Shown piece after piece: positions 16,485-24,993 of a stretch of 37,790 nt of DNA; within the stretch, counting starts at the first letter, position 1; every line of letters begins with the position of its first letter. The stretch covers positions 1 through 37,790 of the forward strand of contig JANPJS010000318.1 of assembly GCA_031425655.1 (NCBI GenBank), given 5' to 3'. The notes below the pieces were generated by a model. That model had not been told where the DNA came from, did no database searches, and was given only the letters and a program-made list of their open reading frames with translations. Origin of the DNA: Abditibacteriaceae bacterium (GTDB lineage: Bacteria; Armatimonadota; Abditibacteriia; Abditibacteriales; Abditibacteriaceae). Both the position numbers and the translations under genes were made by a program.

Positions 16485-17688
16485 GTTTAGCCGCCATGCC
16501 CGGCTTTAGCAGCAAACGGCGCGGCGCATCGGGCGGTGATTGCACGACTTCATTGAGCAACGCGCGATAATTTGCGCCCGGCGTCAGGCTACCAAGCACG
16601 ACTTCACGCGCCGCGCCGGTCGCCGTCGGCACGTTGGCCGCGTAGCCGTGCAGCGCCGCGTAACCGAGAACCGCGAATGCGACGGCTTCTTTGGCGTCGG
16701 CGGGCAAACCGATTTCGTCGGTGCGATGTAGCTTGTTCCCACAAATAGATTGGAAATGATCCATCAAAACCGGATTGCGTGTGCCACCTCCGCCGACCCA
16801 GACTTCGTCACATCGAGGCACAAAATTACGAAAGGCCATCAAGATGGTGAACACCGTAAAATCGGCTAAAGCTGCCAAAATGTCGCCGTCGCTCAACCCT
16901 TCCTCGCGAGCTTCTGCGATGCAATTTCGCGCCATTTCCGGCCCGAAAAGCTCACGTCCGGTAGATTTTGGCGGCGGTTTCTCGAAATAAGGATGATGTA
17001 TCCATGCTCCAAGCGGTTGCCATTCGAACCTTCCAGCACGGGCCAGTTTTCCATCTTCGTCGAACGATTTTTCGCCGTTGGTGATAATCCGCATCGCTTC
17101 GTCCATCAGCACGTTGCCGGGGCCGGTGTCGAAGGCGATAATATCGCCTTCGGGCGGCACATAAGTCAGGTTGGCGATGCCGCCGATATTGAGCAACACG
17201 CGATGCTTGGTTTCGTGGCGCCAGAACAGCGCGTCGAAATAAGGCACGAGCGGTGCGCCCTGACCTCCGGCGGCGATGTCGCGCGGGCGAAAATCCGCGA
17301 TCACGGTGCAGCCGGTGCGCTCGGCGATGACGGCGGGCGCGCCGAGTTGCAGGCTGGAAGGCGTGCCATCCGGCTGATGCCACACGGTTTGGCCATGTGA
17401 GGCGATGAGATCAATGTCAGAAAGTGGAATTTGCGCTTGCTGCGCCACCGAAGTCGCGGCCTGCGCGAAGGCTTCGCCGAGCCGGAAGTTGAGTTCGCAA
17501 ATGGCGCGCGTTGAGCCTGCATTGGGCGGCAGAACGGCGCGCACAGCATCGCGCAAAGTGCTGTCCAAAGGCTGCATCGCAAAGGCCAGCCGTGTCAGAA
17601 TAAGGGTGTCTCCGTCGCGTTCGATGTCCACGAGCGCGGCGTCAATAGCGTCCAATGAAGTGCCGGACATCAAGCCAATAATTTTCAC
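16468..17688 (-). CDS. anmK: Anhydro-N-acetylmuramic acid kinase
   Basis: GLMSGTSLDAID, SHGQTVWH, DFR..DIAAGGQGAPLVP, NIGGIAN, FDTGPGN, PPKSTGRELF, KEAVAFA. Confidence 0.95.
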   Translation of the reverse strand: MKIIGLMSGTSLDAIDAALVDIERDGDTLILTRLAFAMQPLDSTLRDAVRAVLPPNAGSTRAICELNFRLGEAFAQAATSVAQQAQIPLSDIDLIASHGQTVWHQPDGTPSSLQLGAPAVIAERTGCTVIADFRPRDIAAGGQGAPLVPYFDALFWRHETKHRVLLNIGGIANLTYVPPEGDIIAFDTGPGNVLMDEAMRIITNGEKSFDEDGKLARAGRFEWQPLGAWIHHPYFEKPPPKSTGRELFGPEMARNCIAEAREEGLSDGDILAALADFTVFTILMAFRNFVPRCDEVWVGGGGTRNPVLMDHFQSICGNKLHRTDEIGLPADAKEAVAFAVLGYAALHGYAANVPTATGAAREVVLGSLTPGANYRALLNEVVQSPPDAPRRLLLKPGMAAKLGADD

Positions 17689-17696
17689 GAATGTTG

Positions 17697-17875
17697 GCCC
17701 TCACCCCCGGCCCCTCTCCTCCTGCCCAGAGGGCACCCGCGCTTCGCGGGAGAGGGGAGTCCAGACCTCAAATTTGGCGACATTCGATTTTCTGCTACCA
17801 AGTTTGAAACTGCTCCCCTCTCCCGCGAAGCGCGGGTGCCCTCTGGGCAGGAGGAGAGGGGCCGGGGGTGAGGGC
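17697..17875. repeat. Family-A palindromic repeat pair with perfect 63-bp inverted arms, each containing the 19-bp mini repeat (copies 2 and 3)
   Basis: Arms 17697-17759 and 17813-17875 are exact reverse complements; mini repeat at 17721-17739 and 17833-17851. Confidence 0.92.
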
Positions 17876-17896
17876 ATTCTCCCAGGAATTTCGATT

Positions 17897-20626
17897 ATGA
17901 GAGTATCCCATTTGCCGTTGCTTACGCTTCTCGCCACGCCTGCCGTCGCGCAGGACGCGAGTTTTCCTTTTGTCATGCCGTGGGACGACGCGGCTAAAAA
18001 CGCCGTGGACGTGTCGTTTCTCAATCCCGCGCCGCTGACCGAAAAACATCGCGTCGTGGTGCGCGGCGGGCAGTTTCGTGACCTAACGGGCCGTCGCGTG
18101 CGCTTTTTGGGCAATAACCTCACGTTTAACGCCAATTTTCCGAATAAAGACGACGCACCGAAAATCGCGGCGCGGATGCACAAGCTCGGTTTCAACATCA
18201 TGCGCCTGCATCACATGGACTTTTTCAAGGCGCCGCGCGGCATCTTCGACGCGAATTTCCCGGACACGCAGCATCTCGACGCTGAGCAGCTTGACCGCCT
18301 TGATTGGTTGCTTTATCAATTCGCGCAACACGGCATTTACGCCAATTTGAACTTGCACGTTTCGCGCGCTTTCACTGCCGCCGACGGCTTTCCTGATACC
18401 GATAAAATTCCCGGTTTGGGCAAAGTCACGTCGTATTTCGAGCCGCGCATGATCGAATTGCAAAAGAACTTCGCGCGCGACTTGCTGAACCATGTCAATC
18501 CGTATACCAAGCAGCGTTGGGGCGACGACCCGGTCTTCGCTTTAATCGAAATCAACAACGAAGACACGCTCGTTGGCGAAGCGTTTGGCGACGGTTTGAA
18601 CACGCTGCCGCCGCATTACAAAAACATTCTGATGACGCGCTGGAACGGCTTTCTCAAGCAGAAATACGCTTCGACGGCGGCCATGCTGCAAGCGTGGAAC
18701 GGCAATTCGACGCTGGGCAACAACGTGCTTTTTAATCCGCAACTCGCCGACGGCAACGCCTCGTGGACATTGGAACAGCAGCCGGCGACGAAAGCCGAAA
18801 TGACCGTCGAAGAGGTGGTCGGCGAAGCCGAAACCGGCGCGCTTCCCGCCGGGCGCGCTTTGCATTATAAAACGCTGCAAAAAGGTGAGATGAGTTGGCA
18901 CGTTCAAGGGCATCAGAACGGTTTGGATTTGCAGGCCGGGCAAAGCTACACGCTGAAATTCTGGGCGCGAGCCGACAAGCCGCGCCGCCTCAGCGTTTAT
19001 ACCGGCAACGATCAGACGCCGTGGAGGCACGTTGGGTTGGAACGCACCATCGAACTTGGCCCGAAGTGGAAGAAATTCACATTCGTTTTCGCGGCCAACA
19101 CCGATGTTATTCCGATGCATTCGCGCCTTTCGTGGATTTTGGGCGGCGAAGTCGGCGATTTATGGCTGGCCGGTTTATCGCTGCGCGCCGGGCGCGCGAT
19201 TGAACTCGAAGCCGGCGAATCTATCGAGCAGGGCAGCGTGACTTTTCCCATGCCCGAAATGCCGGGCGCGGGCGCCGATTTCATCGGCGTGCTGATGGAA
19301 ATCGAAAATCAATACGCGCAGCAAATGCGCGATTATATCAAGACAGATTTGAAGGCAAAGTCGCTGGTGACGTGTTCGCAGGCCAGTTACGGCGGCGTGG
19401 CCGGAGTGTGGCGCGAATCGCAAATGGACTGGGTGGATATGCACGCCTACTGGCAGCATCCTAATTTCCCGCGCCGCCAGTGGGATTTCGCCGATTGGAA
19501 CATTCCCAACACTTCGATGACGCGCGACCCGAACGGCGGCACTTTGCCGGGCTTGGCCATGCACCGCGTGGCGGGCAAGCCGTTCACGGTCAGCGAATAT
19601 AATCACGCGGCGCCCAACGATTTTCAAGCCGAAACGCTGCCGCTGATTTGCGCTTACGCCGCGCGTCAGGATTGGGACGGCGTTTTCCTTTTCGATTATC
19701 ACGGCGACCGCGACAGCTTAAATAATCAGCGCATCAAAGGCTTCTTCTCGACTGACACCAATCCCGCGAAAATGGCGCTAATGCCGGCTGCGGCCATGCT
19801 CTTTCTGCGCGGCGACGTGGCATCCGATAACGCCGAATCGGGCACGCTTTTTTTGCCCACAGAGGCCGCGAAAATCGCGGCTTTGACAGCGGGCAACGGC
19901 CCGGCGTGGAATCAGCTTGACAGAGTCTGGCGCGCCGCCTTAACACAAGACAAGGTGTTGTTCGGCACTAACGAAGCGTTTAATCGCAAGCTAAGCATCG
20001 GTTTCGGCGCTGGATATGACAAACCCGTCTACGAGCGAGGCGGTAACCCTTCGCTCCGAGAAATTCAGAGGGACTCATGGGAAGTAGTGTGGAGAAAGTG
20101 GTCTAACGTCGATACTGGCAGTCCGATTCCCGGCCTTCAAGTGATTTGGCCTTTTCCCGGCCTACAAGTAACCTCGTCCTCGACCGTCGCGTTCGTATCG
20201 CATTATCGCGGCAACGAAGCCAGCGTCGAACTCGGCCCGGCAACGCTAAAACTGCGCCCGACCACGCCGCAAAGCCTGCCGTTCGTATCGCTGACATTAA
20301 GCGCGTTGGACGGCGACACGCTGCAAAACTCGTCGCGTTTGCTGCTGACCGCCGTCGGTAAAGTCGAAAATATCGGCATGAAATGGAACGAAACGCGAAC
20401 GAGTGTCAGCAACCAATGGGGCGAAGTTCCGACGATGGCCGAAGGCATCAGCGGCGAAATTTCGTTGAATACCAACCTGAAAACGGCGCAAATCTGGGCG
20501 CTCAAAGGCAATGGAGAACGCGTCAAACTGGTGCCGAGCGAATTAAAAGACGGCGTGCTGCGCTTTTCTATCGGGCCGGAGCATCAAACCGTGTGGTATG
20601 AAATCGCCGCGCCGGACGCGAAGTAA
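17897..20626 (+). CDS. Secreted clan GH-A glycoside hydrolase with a CBM4/9-like module inserted in the catalytic domain (GH148-like architecture)
   Basis: Signal peptide from ATG 17897; GFNIMRLHHMD, IEINNED (acid/base), DMHAYWQHP, PFTVSEY (nucleophile), QDWDGVF; inserted WHVQ..Q.GLDLQAGQSYTLKFWARAD..WKKFTFVF module. Confidence 0.8.
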   Translation: MRVSHLPLLTLLATPAVAQDASFPFVMPWDDAAKNAVDVSFLNPAPLTEKHRVVVRGGQFRDLTGRRVRFLGNNLTFNANFPNKDDAPKIAARMHKLGFNIMRLHHMDFFKAPRGIFDANFPDTQHLDAEQLDRLDWLLYQFAQHGIYANLNLHVSRAFTAADGFPDTDKIPGLGKVTSYFEPRMIELQKNFARDLLNHVNPYTKQRWGDDPVFALIEINNEDTLVGEAFGDGLNTLPPHYKNILMTRWNGFLKQKYASTAAMLQAWNGNSTLGNNVLFNPQLADGNASWTLEQQPATKAEMTVEEVVGEAETGALPAGRALHYKTLQKGEMSWHVQGHQNGLDLQAGQSYTLKFWARADKPRRLSVYTGNDQTPWRHVGLERTIELGPKWKKFTFVFAANTDVIPMHSRLSWILGGEVGDLWLAGLSLRAGRAIELEAGESIEQGSVTFPMPEMPGAGADFIGVLMEIENQYAQQMRDYIKTDLKAKSLVTCSQASYGGVAGVWRESQMDWVDMHAYWQHPNFPRRQWDFADWNIPNTSMTRDPNGGTLPGLAMHRVAGKPFTVSEYNHAAPNDFQAETLPLICAYAARQDWDGVFLFDYHGDRDSLNNQRIKGFFSTDTNPAKMALMPAAAMLFLRGDVASDNAESGTLFLPTEAAKIAALTAGNGPAWNQLDRVWRAALTQDKVLFGTNEAFNRKLSIGFGAGYDKPVYERGGNPSLREIQRDSWEVVWRKWSNVDTGSPIPGLQVIWPFPGLQVTSSSTVAFVSHYRGNEASVELGPATLKLRPTTPQSLPFVSLTLSALDGDTLQNSSRLLLTAVGKVENIGMKWNETRTSVSNQWGEVPTMAEGISGEISLNTNLKTAQIWALKGNGERVKLVPSELKDGVLRFSIGPEHQTVWYEIAAPDAK

Positions 20627-20641
20627 TTGCGGAAGCAAATT

Positions 20642-21811
20642 ATGCAGCGCCTTCGCTCGATAAAAGAGGCCATTTTCGCTCTGTTTCTCGCCGGGTTTTA
20701 TGGCGTGGCGGTGGCTTTTGTCGGCGCGTTGGTTTTCGTGCCGACGATGGCTGCGCTTGGCTTTCTTGGCTCCTTTGTGGTGTGGTTTGGGCTTTACGGC
20801 TTTGCGGTTATGGTTTTGCCGGGCGGGTTTTGCTGGGCCATCGCGCTGGCATTGTTGCATCGTTCTCGCGTCTGGTGGCTCGCCGCTTTTGCCGGCGCCC
20901 TGCCGGTGTTATGGAATTTTCTTCACCTTGATATTTCGCGCGCTGTCAACCGTCTCGAATTTTCTTCTGTGACGGTGCTGTCGGTGCGAGTTTCGATGTT
21001 GTTATTGAGCCTGATTTTCTTCGGCGGCCTGTCATGGCTGTTCGTAAATCGCTCACGCTACGGCATCGCACATTATCGGGGGTGGCAGGCGGTTTCGGCT
21101 TTTGCGGACGCGGCGCCGTTCAATTCGTGGAAAACGGAGCGTCGAATCTTTGTCGCTTTTGCCTTGCCGGTCGCTTTATTGGCTTTGCTCATCGGCGCGA
21201 AACTCGAACCGGCTGTGGCTTCCAATCGAGCGAGAATGGCCCGTTATGGCTTTTGGGTCGTGGTGCAAGGCAGTTGGCGTCAGATTGCGCCCGCCGGTCG
21301 TAACGAATCGTGTTCCAATAATCTCAGGCAAATCGCGCTGGCGCTGGCGATGTATTCTCAGGATTATGGCGAGCGGTTTCCTCCCGTTGCGACTGGCGGC
21401 CAATACTATGGCTGGGCCGATAATCTGCAACCCTACTCCCGTGATCCGTTGTTCTTGCAGTGCCCGCAGGAAACCTGGAAAATGCCGGGAAACGATGCGC
21501 GCCTGCCTGATTACACCGATTATTGGTTCAACGGCAATTTATCCGGCGTGGCTGCGACAAATCTGACCAGTTCATGGCAAACCATCGCATTCGGCGACGG
21601 CAATGATGGGGCGGACTTAACGAATGCGCGCTACAATTTCAAAGCGATGCCGCCGCGCTGGTTGGCAAGGCCTGATTCGCCGGCTTTCCGGCATATGGAC
21701 GGCTGCAATTTCGCCTTTGCCGACGGCCACGTCAAATGGCTGCGCCAACCTTACAAGTTCGCGCCGAATTTAGGCAAAGCGGCAGGTTCTTATTCGTTTT
21801 CGATCAAATAA
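20642..21811 (+). CDS. Polytopic membrane domain fused to a DUF1559 / H-X9-DG domain
   Basis: About 5-6 hydrophobic helices, then SCSNNLRQIALALAMYSQDYGERFP ... RHMDGCNFAFADGHVKW. Confidence 0.8.
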   Translation: MQRLRSIKEAIFALFLAGFYGVAVAFVGALVFVPTMAALGFLGSFVVWFGLYGFAVMVLPGGFCWAIALALLHRSRVWWLAAFAGALPVLWNFLHLDISRAVNRLEFSSVTVLSVRVSMLLLSLIFFGGLSWLFVNRSRYGIAHYRGWQAVSAFADAAPFNSWKTERRIFVAFALPVALLALLIGAKLEPAVASNRARMARYGFWVVVQGSWRQIAPAGRNESCSNNLRQIALALAMYSQDYGERFPPVATGGQYYGWADNLQPYSRDPLFLQCPQETWKMPGNDARLPDYTDYWFNGNLSGVAATNLTSSWQTIAFGDGNDGADLTNARYNFKAMPPRWLARPDSPAFRHMDGCNFAFADGHVKWLRQPYKFAPNLGKAAGSYSFSIK

Positions 21812-21875
21812 AAGGACAAGCAGCTAAAAGTGGCAAGACCAGCCAGAGCAATTTGCGACGAGAGGAGAGCATGAA

Positions 21876-22568
21876 ATGAAGCGCAGCAAGAAACGCTTAC
21901 TGATTATCTCGTCACTCCTCGCGGTGCCGCTCGTCGCGGCGGCCATCGCCTTCCCCATTTTCGCCCGCGCCCGCGAAAACGCGCGCAAGTCGAGTTGCCG
22001 GACTAACCTAAAACACATCGCGCTCATTCTGGCGCTATATGCGAAGGATTTCGATGACCGATTGCCGCCGGTTGCCTTGCACAGTGCCGACGAAGTGCAT
22101 CGCGTTCGCACAGCCAACAGAAAAGCATGGGAAACGGGAGGCAATCAAGTGCCGGGTTCGCCCTTTGGCTGGTGTGACGCGCTTTACCCATATGCAAAAA
22201 GCACTTCCATTTATCAGTGCCCTTGCGAAGTTTCCGACAGCACTGATAGCCCAACCCAGCGCGGCTACACCGATTACTGGCTTAACACGCACGTCGCCGG
22301 AAAGAAGCGTGCCGGGCTAAACGCCGCCACAATTTTCATGATCGGCGATGGCAACGGGCACGAGCAGTCGAATGCGCGTTACAGCAAATCCGCCTTGCCT
22401 GCCAATCTCGCGGAAGACCGCTCTGACGACCTTCACTGGCAGCCCGCGTGGCCTCTGCGCCATCTGGGCGGCGCCAATTATACGTTTGTGGATGGTCACA
22501 TCAAGTGGCTGAAACCCGAAGCTGTTTCCACCGCGCCCGGTGCCGCTTACACCTTTGCGCCACACTAA
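21876..22568 (+). CDS. DUF1559 / H-X9-DG protein lacking a canonical prepilin N-terminus
   Basis: FPIFARARENARKSSC..NLKHI..LYAKDFDDRLP ... RHLGGANYTFVDGHIKW. Confidence 0.85.
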   Translation: MKRSKKRLLIISSLLAVPLVAAAIAFPIFARARENARKSSCRTNLKHIALILALYAKDFDDRLPPVALHSADEVHRVRTANRKAWETGGNQVPGSPFGWCDALYPYAKSTSIYQCPCEVSDSTDSPTQRGYTDYWLNTHVAGKKRAGLNAATIFMIGDGNGHEQSNARYSKSALPANLAEDRSDDLHWQPAWPLRHLGGANYTFVDGHIKWLKPEAVSTAPGAAYTFAPH

Positions 22569-22605
22569 CACTGCTCAACTGCGTAACATGAGACAAAAGG
22601 ACAAA

Positions 22606-23583
22606 ATGACCAACACAATCAGCAAAATCGGCGTGGCGGCGACGCTTTTCGCCGCGCCGTTGCACGCGCAGGGCATTCCCGGCATCATGGCGCCGGACGC
22701 GGCGGTCGAGAAAATCGCCACAGGTTTTCAATTTACCGAAGGCCCGGTTTGGGACAAACGCGGTTTTCTGCTCTTCAGCGACATTCCCGCCGACACGATT
22801 TACAAATGGACGCCGGTTGCGGGCCAAATCGAAGGCAAAAGCGAGGTTTTTCGCAAACCGTCGGGCCAATCGAACGGATTAGCGATAAACGCAGCCGGGC
22901 AACTCTTCGCCTGCGAACATAAAAATCGTCGCGTGTCGGTCACGGTATACGGAATCATTGTGCCCATTGCCGAACGCCTCAACGAAAATTTGCAAACGCC
23001 GCCGGTTTCGGTGCCGGTTTCTGCTACTTTTGAAGGCAAGCGGTTTAACAGCCCGAACGATCTGACGATTGCTGGCGATGGCGCGGTTTATTTCACCGAC
23101 CCGGCTTATGGGTTGCCGAGGATGACCGAAGGCAAAGAACTTGATTTTGAAGGTGTGTTTCGCATCGCGCCGGACGGCAAAATCACGCTTTTGGCGCGCG
23201 ATTTCGTGCATCCCAACGGCATTGCGCTGTCGCCAGACGGCAAAACGCTTTACGTCAACGATTCCGACAACAAGGTCAGTCATATGCGCGCTTTCGACGT
23301 TTTGCCCGACGGCAGCATCGCCAACGGGCGCATTTTCGCGGAACTCAAAGAAGCGGGCAAGCGTGGAAGCCCGGACGGCTTGAAGGTGGATAATTTGGGC
23401 AATGTTTACTCAAGCGGGCCGGGCGGCGTGTGGATTTTCTCGCCCGCCGGAGCGTTGCTTGGTAAAATCTCCGTGCCGGAAGGGACGACCAACCTCGCGT
23501 GGGGCGATGCCGACGGCAAATCGCTTTTCATCACGGCGAGCAAAAGCGTTTATCGCGTCAAAATGCTGGCTGCGGGCCGGTAG
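22606..23583 (+). CDS. SMP-30/gluconolactonase family protein, secreted
   Basis: FTEGPVW, FSDIP, SNGL, FNSPND, YFTDP, PNGIALSPD, PDGLKVD; AAGGA RBS before ATG 22606; signal peptide. Confidence 0.92.
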   Translation: MTNTISKIGVAATLFAAPLHAQGIPGIMAPDAAVEKIATGFQFTEGPVWDKRGFLLFSDIPADTIYKWTPVAGQIEGKSEVFRKPSGQSNGLAINAAGQLFACEHKNRRVSVTVYGIIVPIAERLNENLQTPPVSVPVSATFEGKRFNSPNDLTIAGDGAVYFTDPAYGLPRMTEGKELDFEGVFRIAPDGKITLLARDFVHPNGIALSPDGKTLYVNDSDNKVSHMRAFDVLPDGSIANGRIFAELKEAGKRGSPDGLKVDNLGNVYSSGPGGVWIFSPAGALLGKISVPEGTTNLAWGDADGKSLFITASKSVYRVKMLAAGR

Positions 23584-23602
23584 ACAATTTCAAAGGAAGA
23601 CA

Positions 23603-24637
23603 ATGCAGAAAAGATTAGTGCAAGGCGGCCTTGCCGCCGTGACCGTAACCAGTCTCGGATTGGCGGCGATGGCCGCGCAGGGCGCGTTTCGCGCTTATTA
23701 TGCCAACGATGAAGTTGGGCGCAACGTCGTGATGATTTTGTCGGACGCGCCGTTGGAAACCATGCTGACGCGCACCGGCAACGTCACCGCCGATATTCAT
23801 GTCAATCCCGAAAACGCGCTCGATCAGCCCAAAGCGCGCTTCGTGGTGGACATGGCTTCGCTGGAAACCGGCATCAAGTTGCGCGATGAGAAGATGCGCG
23901 GCCCGGAATGGCTGGATGTCGCGAAATATCCCAAAGCCGTGTTCACGCTGACCAAGCTGATAAGCGCCACAACCGACGTGCAAAAGCTGGAACCGGGCAA
24001 AATGCGCCGCTTTTTGGCCGAAGGCACGATGGAAATGCACGGTGCCACGAAGGAAGTTCAGGCCAATGTCGAAGTTACGACGCTGGCCGCCAACGCCGAC
24101 ACTGCCACGCGCCTTAAAGGCGATTTGCTGCACGTCAAAGCGACGTTTCCGATCAAACTGAGCGATTACGGCATCGTTATCGCGGCTCCGGCCAAGCTGA
24201 AAATCGCCGACGTAGAACAGGTCACGGTGAACGTATTCGCCAGCACCGAATCGAAGCCACCCACCGCCGCGACGGCGACGGCGGCAACCACAGGAGCGAA
24301 AAAGACTATGGACAACGGATTGATTATCGAAGACGTAAAAGAGGGCGACGGCGACGAAGCCAAAGCCGGACAGCCGGTCACGGTGCATTATCGCGGCACT
24401 TTCCCCGACGGGCGTATTTTCGACGAATCGTATAAGCGCGGCCAGCCCTTTGAATTTCAACTGGGCGCCGGGCAAGTGATTAAAGGCTGGGATCAAGGCG
24501 TGGCCGGCATGAAAGTCGGCGGCAAGCGCAAGTTGACGATTCCGCCCGATCTGGGTTACGGGGCGCGCGGAGCCGGCGGCGCGATTCCGCCCAACGCAAC
24601 GCTGATGTTTGAAGTCGAGCTTCTCAAAGTTGGCTGA
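23603..24637 (+). CDS. YceI-like domain fused to FKBP-type peptidyl-prolyl isomerase, with signal peptide
   Basis: YceI motifs SLETGIKLRDEKM..WLDVAKYP, GTMEMHGATK, IKLSDYGI; Thr/Ala linker; FKBP motifs VTVHYRG, FDES, VIKGWDQG, IPPDLGYG, IPPNATLMFEVELL. Confidence 0.9.
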   Translation: MQKRLVQGGLAAVTVTSLGLAAMAAQGAFRAYYANDEVGRNVVMILSDAPLETMLTRTGNVTADIHVNPENALDQPKARFVVDMASLETGIKLRDEKMRGPEWLDVAKYPKAVFTLTKLISATTDVQKLEPGKMRRFLAEGTMEMHGATKEVQANVEVTTLAANADTATRLKGDLLHVKATFPIKLSDYGIVIAAPAKLKIADVEQVTVNVFASTESKPPTAATATAATTGAKKTMDNGLIIEDVKEGDGDEAKAGQPVTVHYRGTFPDGRIFDESYKRGQPFEFQLGAGQVIKGWDQGVAGMKVGGKRKLTIPPDLGYGARGAGGAIPPNATLMFEVELLKVG

Positions 24638-24653
24638 AGAAAACGACAAACCC

Positions 24654-24822
24654 CAGGGCAATCGCATTAGGATTTTTCGGTGTTTCCCGAACTTGCCCGG
24701 CGACTAAAAACGCGGCGACTAAAAGCGCTGAAAAAAAGAGTCCACGAAGGTGGACTTTGCCGCGGGCGCCCTCTGGGCAGGGTTGCCGCGAATTTATTCG
24801 CCGGGCAAGTTCGATTGCCCTG
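24654..24822. mobile_element. MITE with ISAs1-like CAGGGCAATCG ends and 9-bp target duplication GACAAACCC, carrying a family-B repeat and mini repeat copy 4 (24763-24781)
   Basis: Left end CAGGGCAATCGCATTAGGA (24654-24672), right end CGATTGCCCTG (24812-24822); GACAAACCC at 24645-24653 and 24823-24831. Confidence 0.8.
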
Positions 24823-24823
24823 G

Positions 24824-24863
24824 ACAAACCCCGCCGGAGCGAAAGCTTCGGCGGGGTTTTGTT
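24824..24863 (+). terminator. Rho-independent terminator after the YceI-FKBP gene
   Basis: AAACCCCGCCGGAGC-GAAA-GCTTCGGCGGGGTTTT hairpin followed by T-tract. Confidence 0.8.
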
Positions 24864-24888
24864 ATGAGTCTGCGGCGCACTCGCGTGT

Positions 24889-24917
24889 TTGACTCAGGCG
24901 CGGCTTTAAGTGACAAT
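24889..24917 (+). promoter_or_regulatory. Candidate sigma70-type promoter for the DUF5693-csaB cluster
   Basis: TTGACT-N17-GACAAT just downstream of the terminator. Confidence 0.45.
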
Positions 24918-24993
24918 GGATTGCGGTTTGTCGCATCGAAACCGCGATGTCGCGCCATGCGGACAGCACTTTTACTTTCGAGGTTGAGCTTCG

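Noticed and set aside
17405..17896. 164-aa N-terminal extension of the glycosidase ORF
   Set aside because: It is antisense to anmK and reads through the palindrome; a signal peptide starts at ATG 17897
23615..24667. 350-aa antisense ORF
   Set aside because: Shadow of the YceI-FKBP gene; no motifs; expected with GC-rich codon bias
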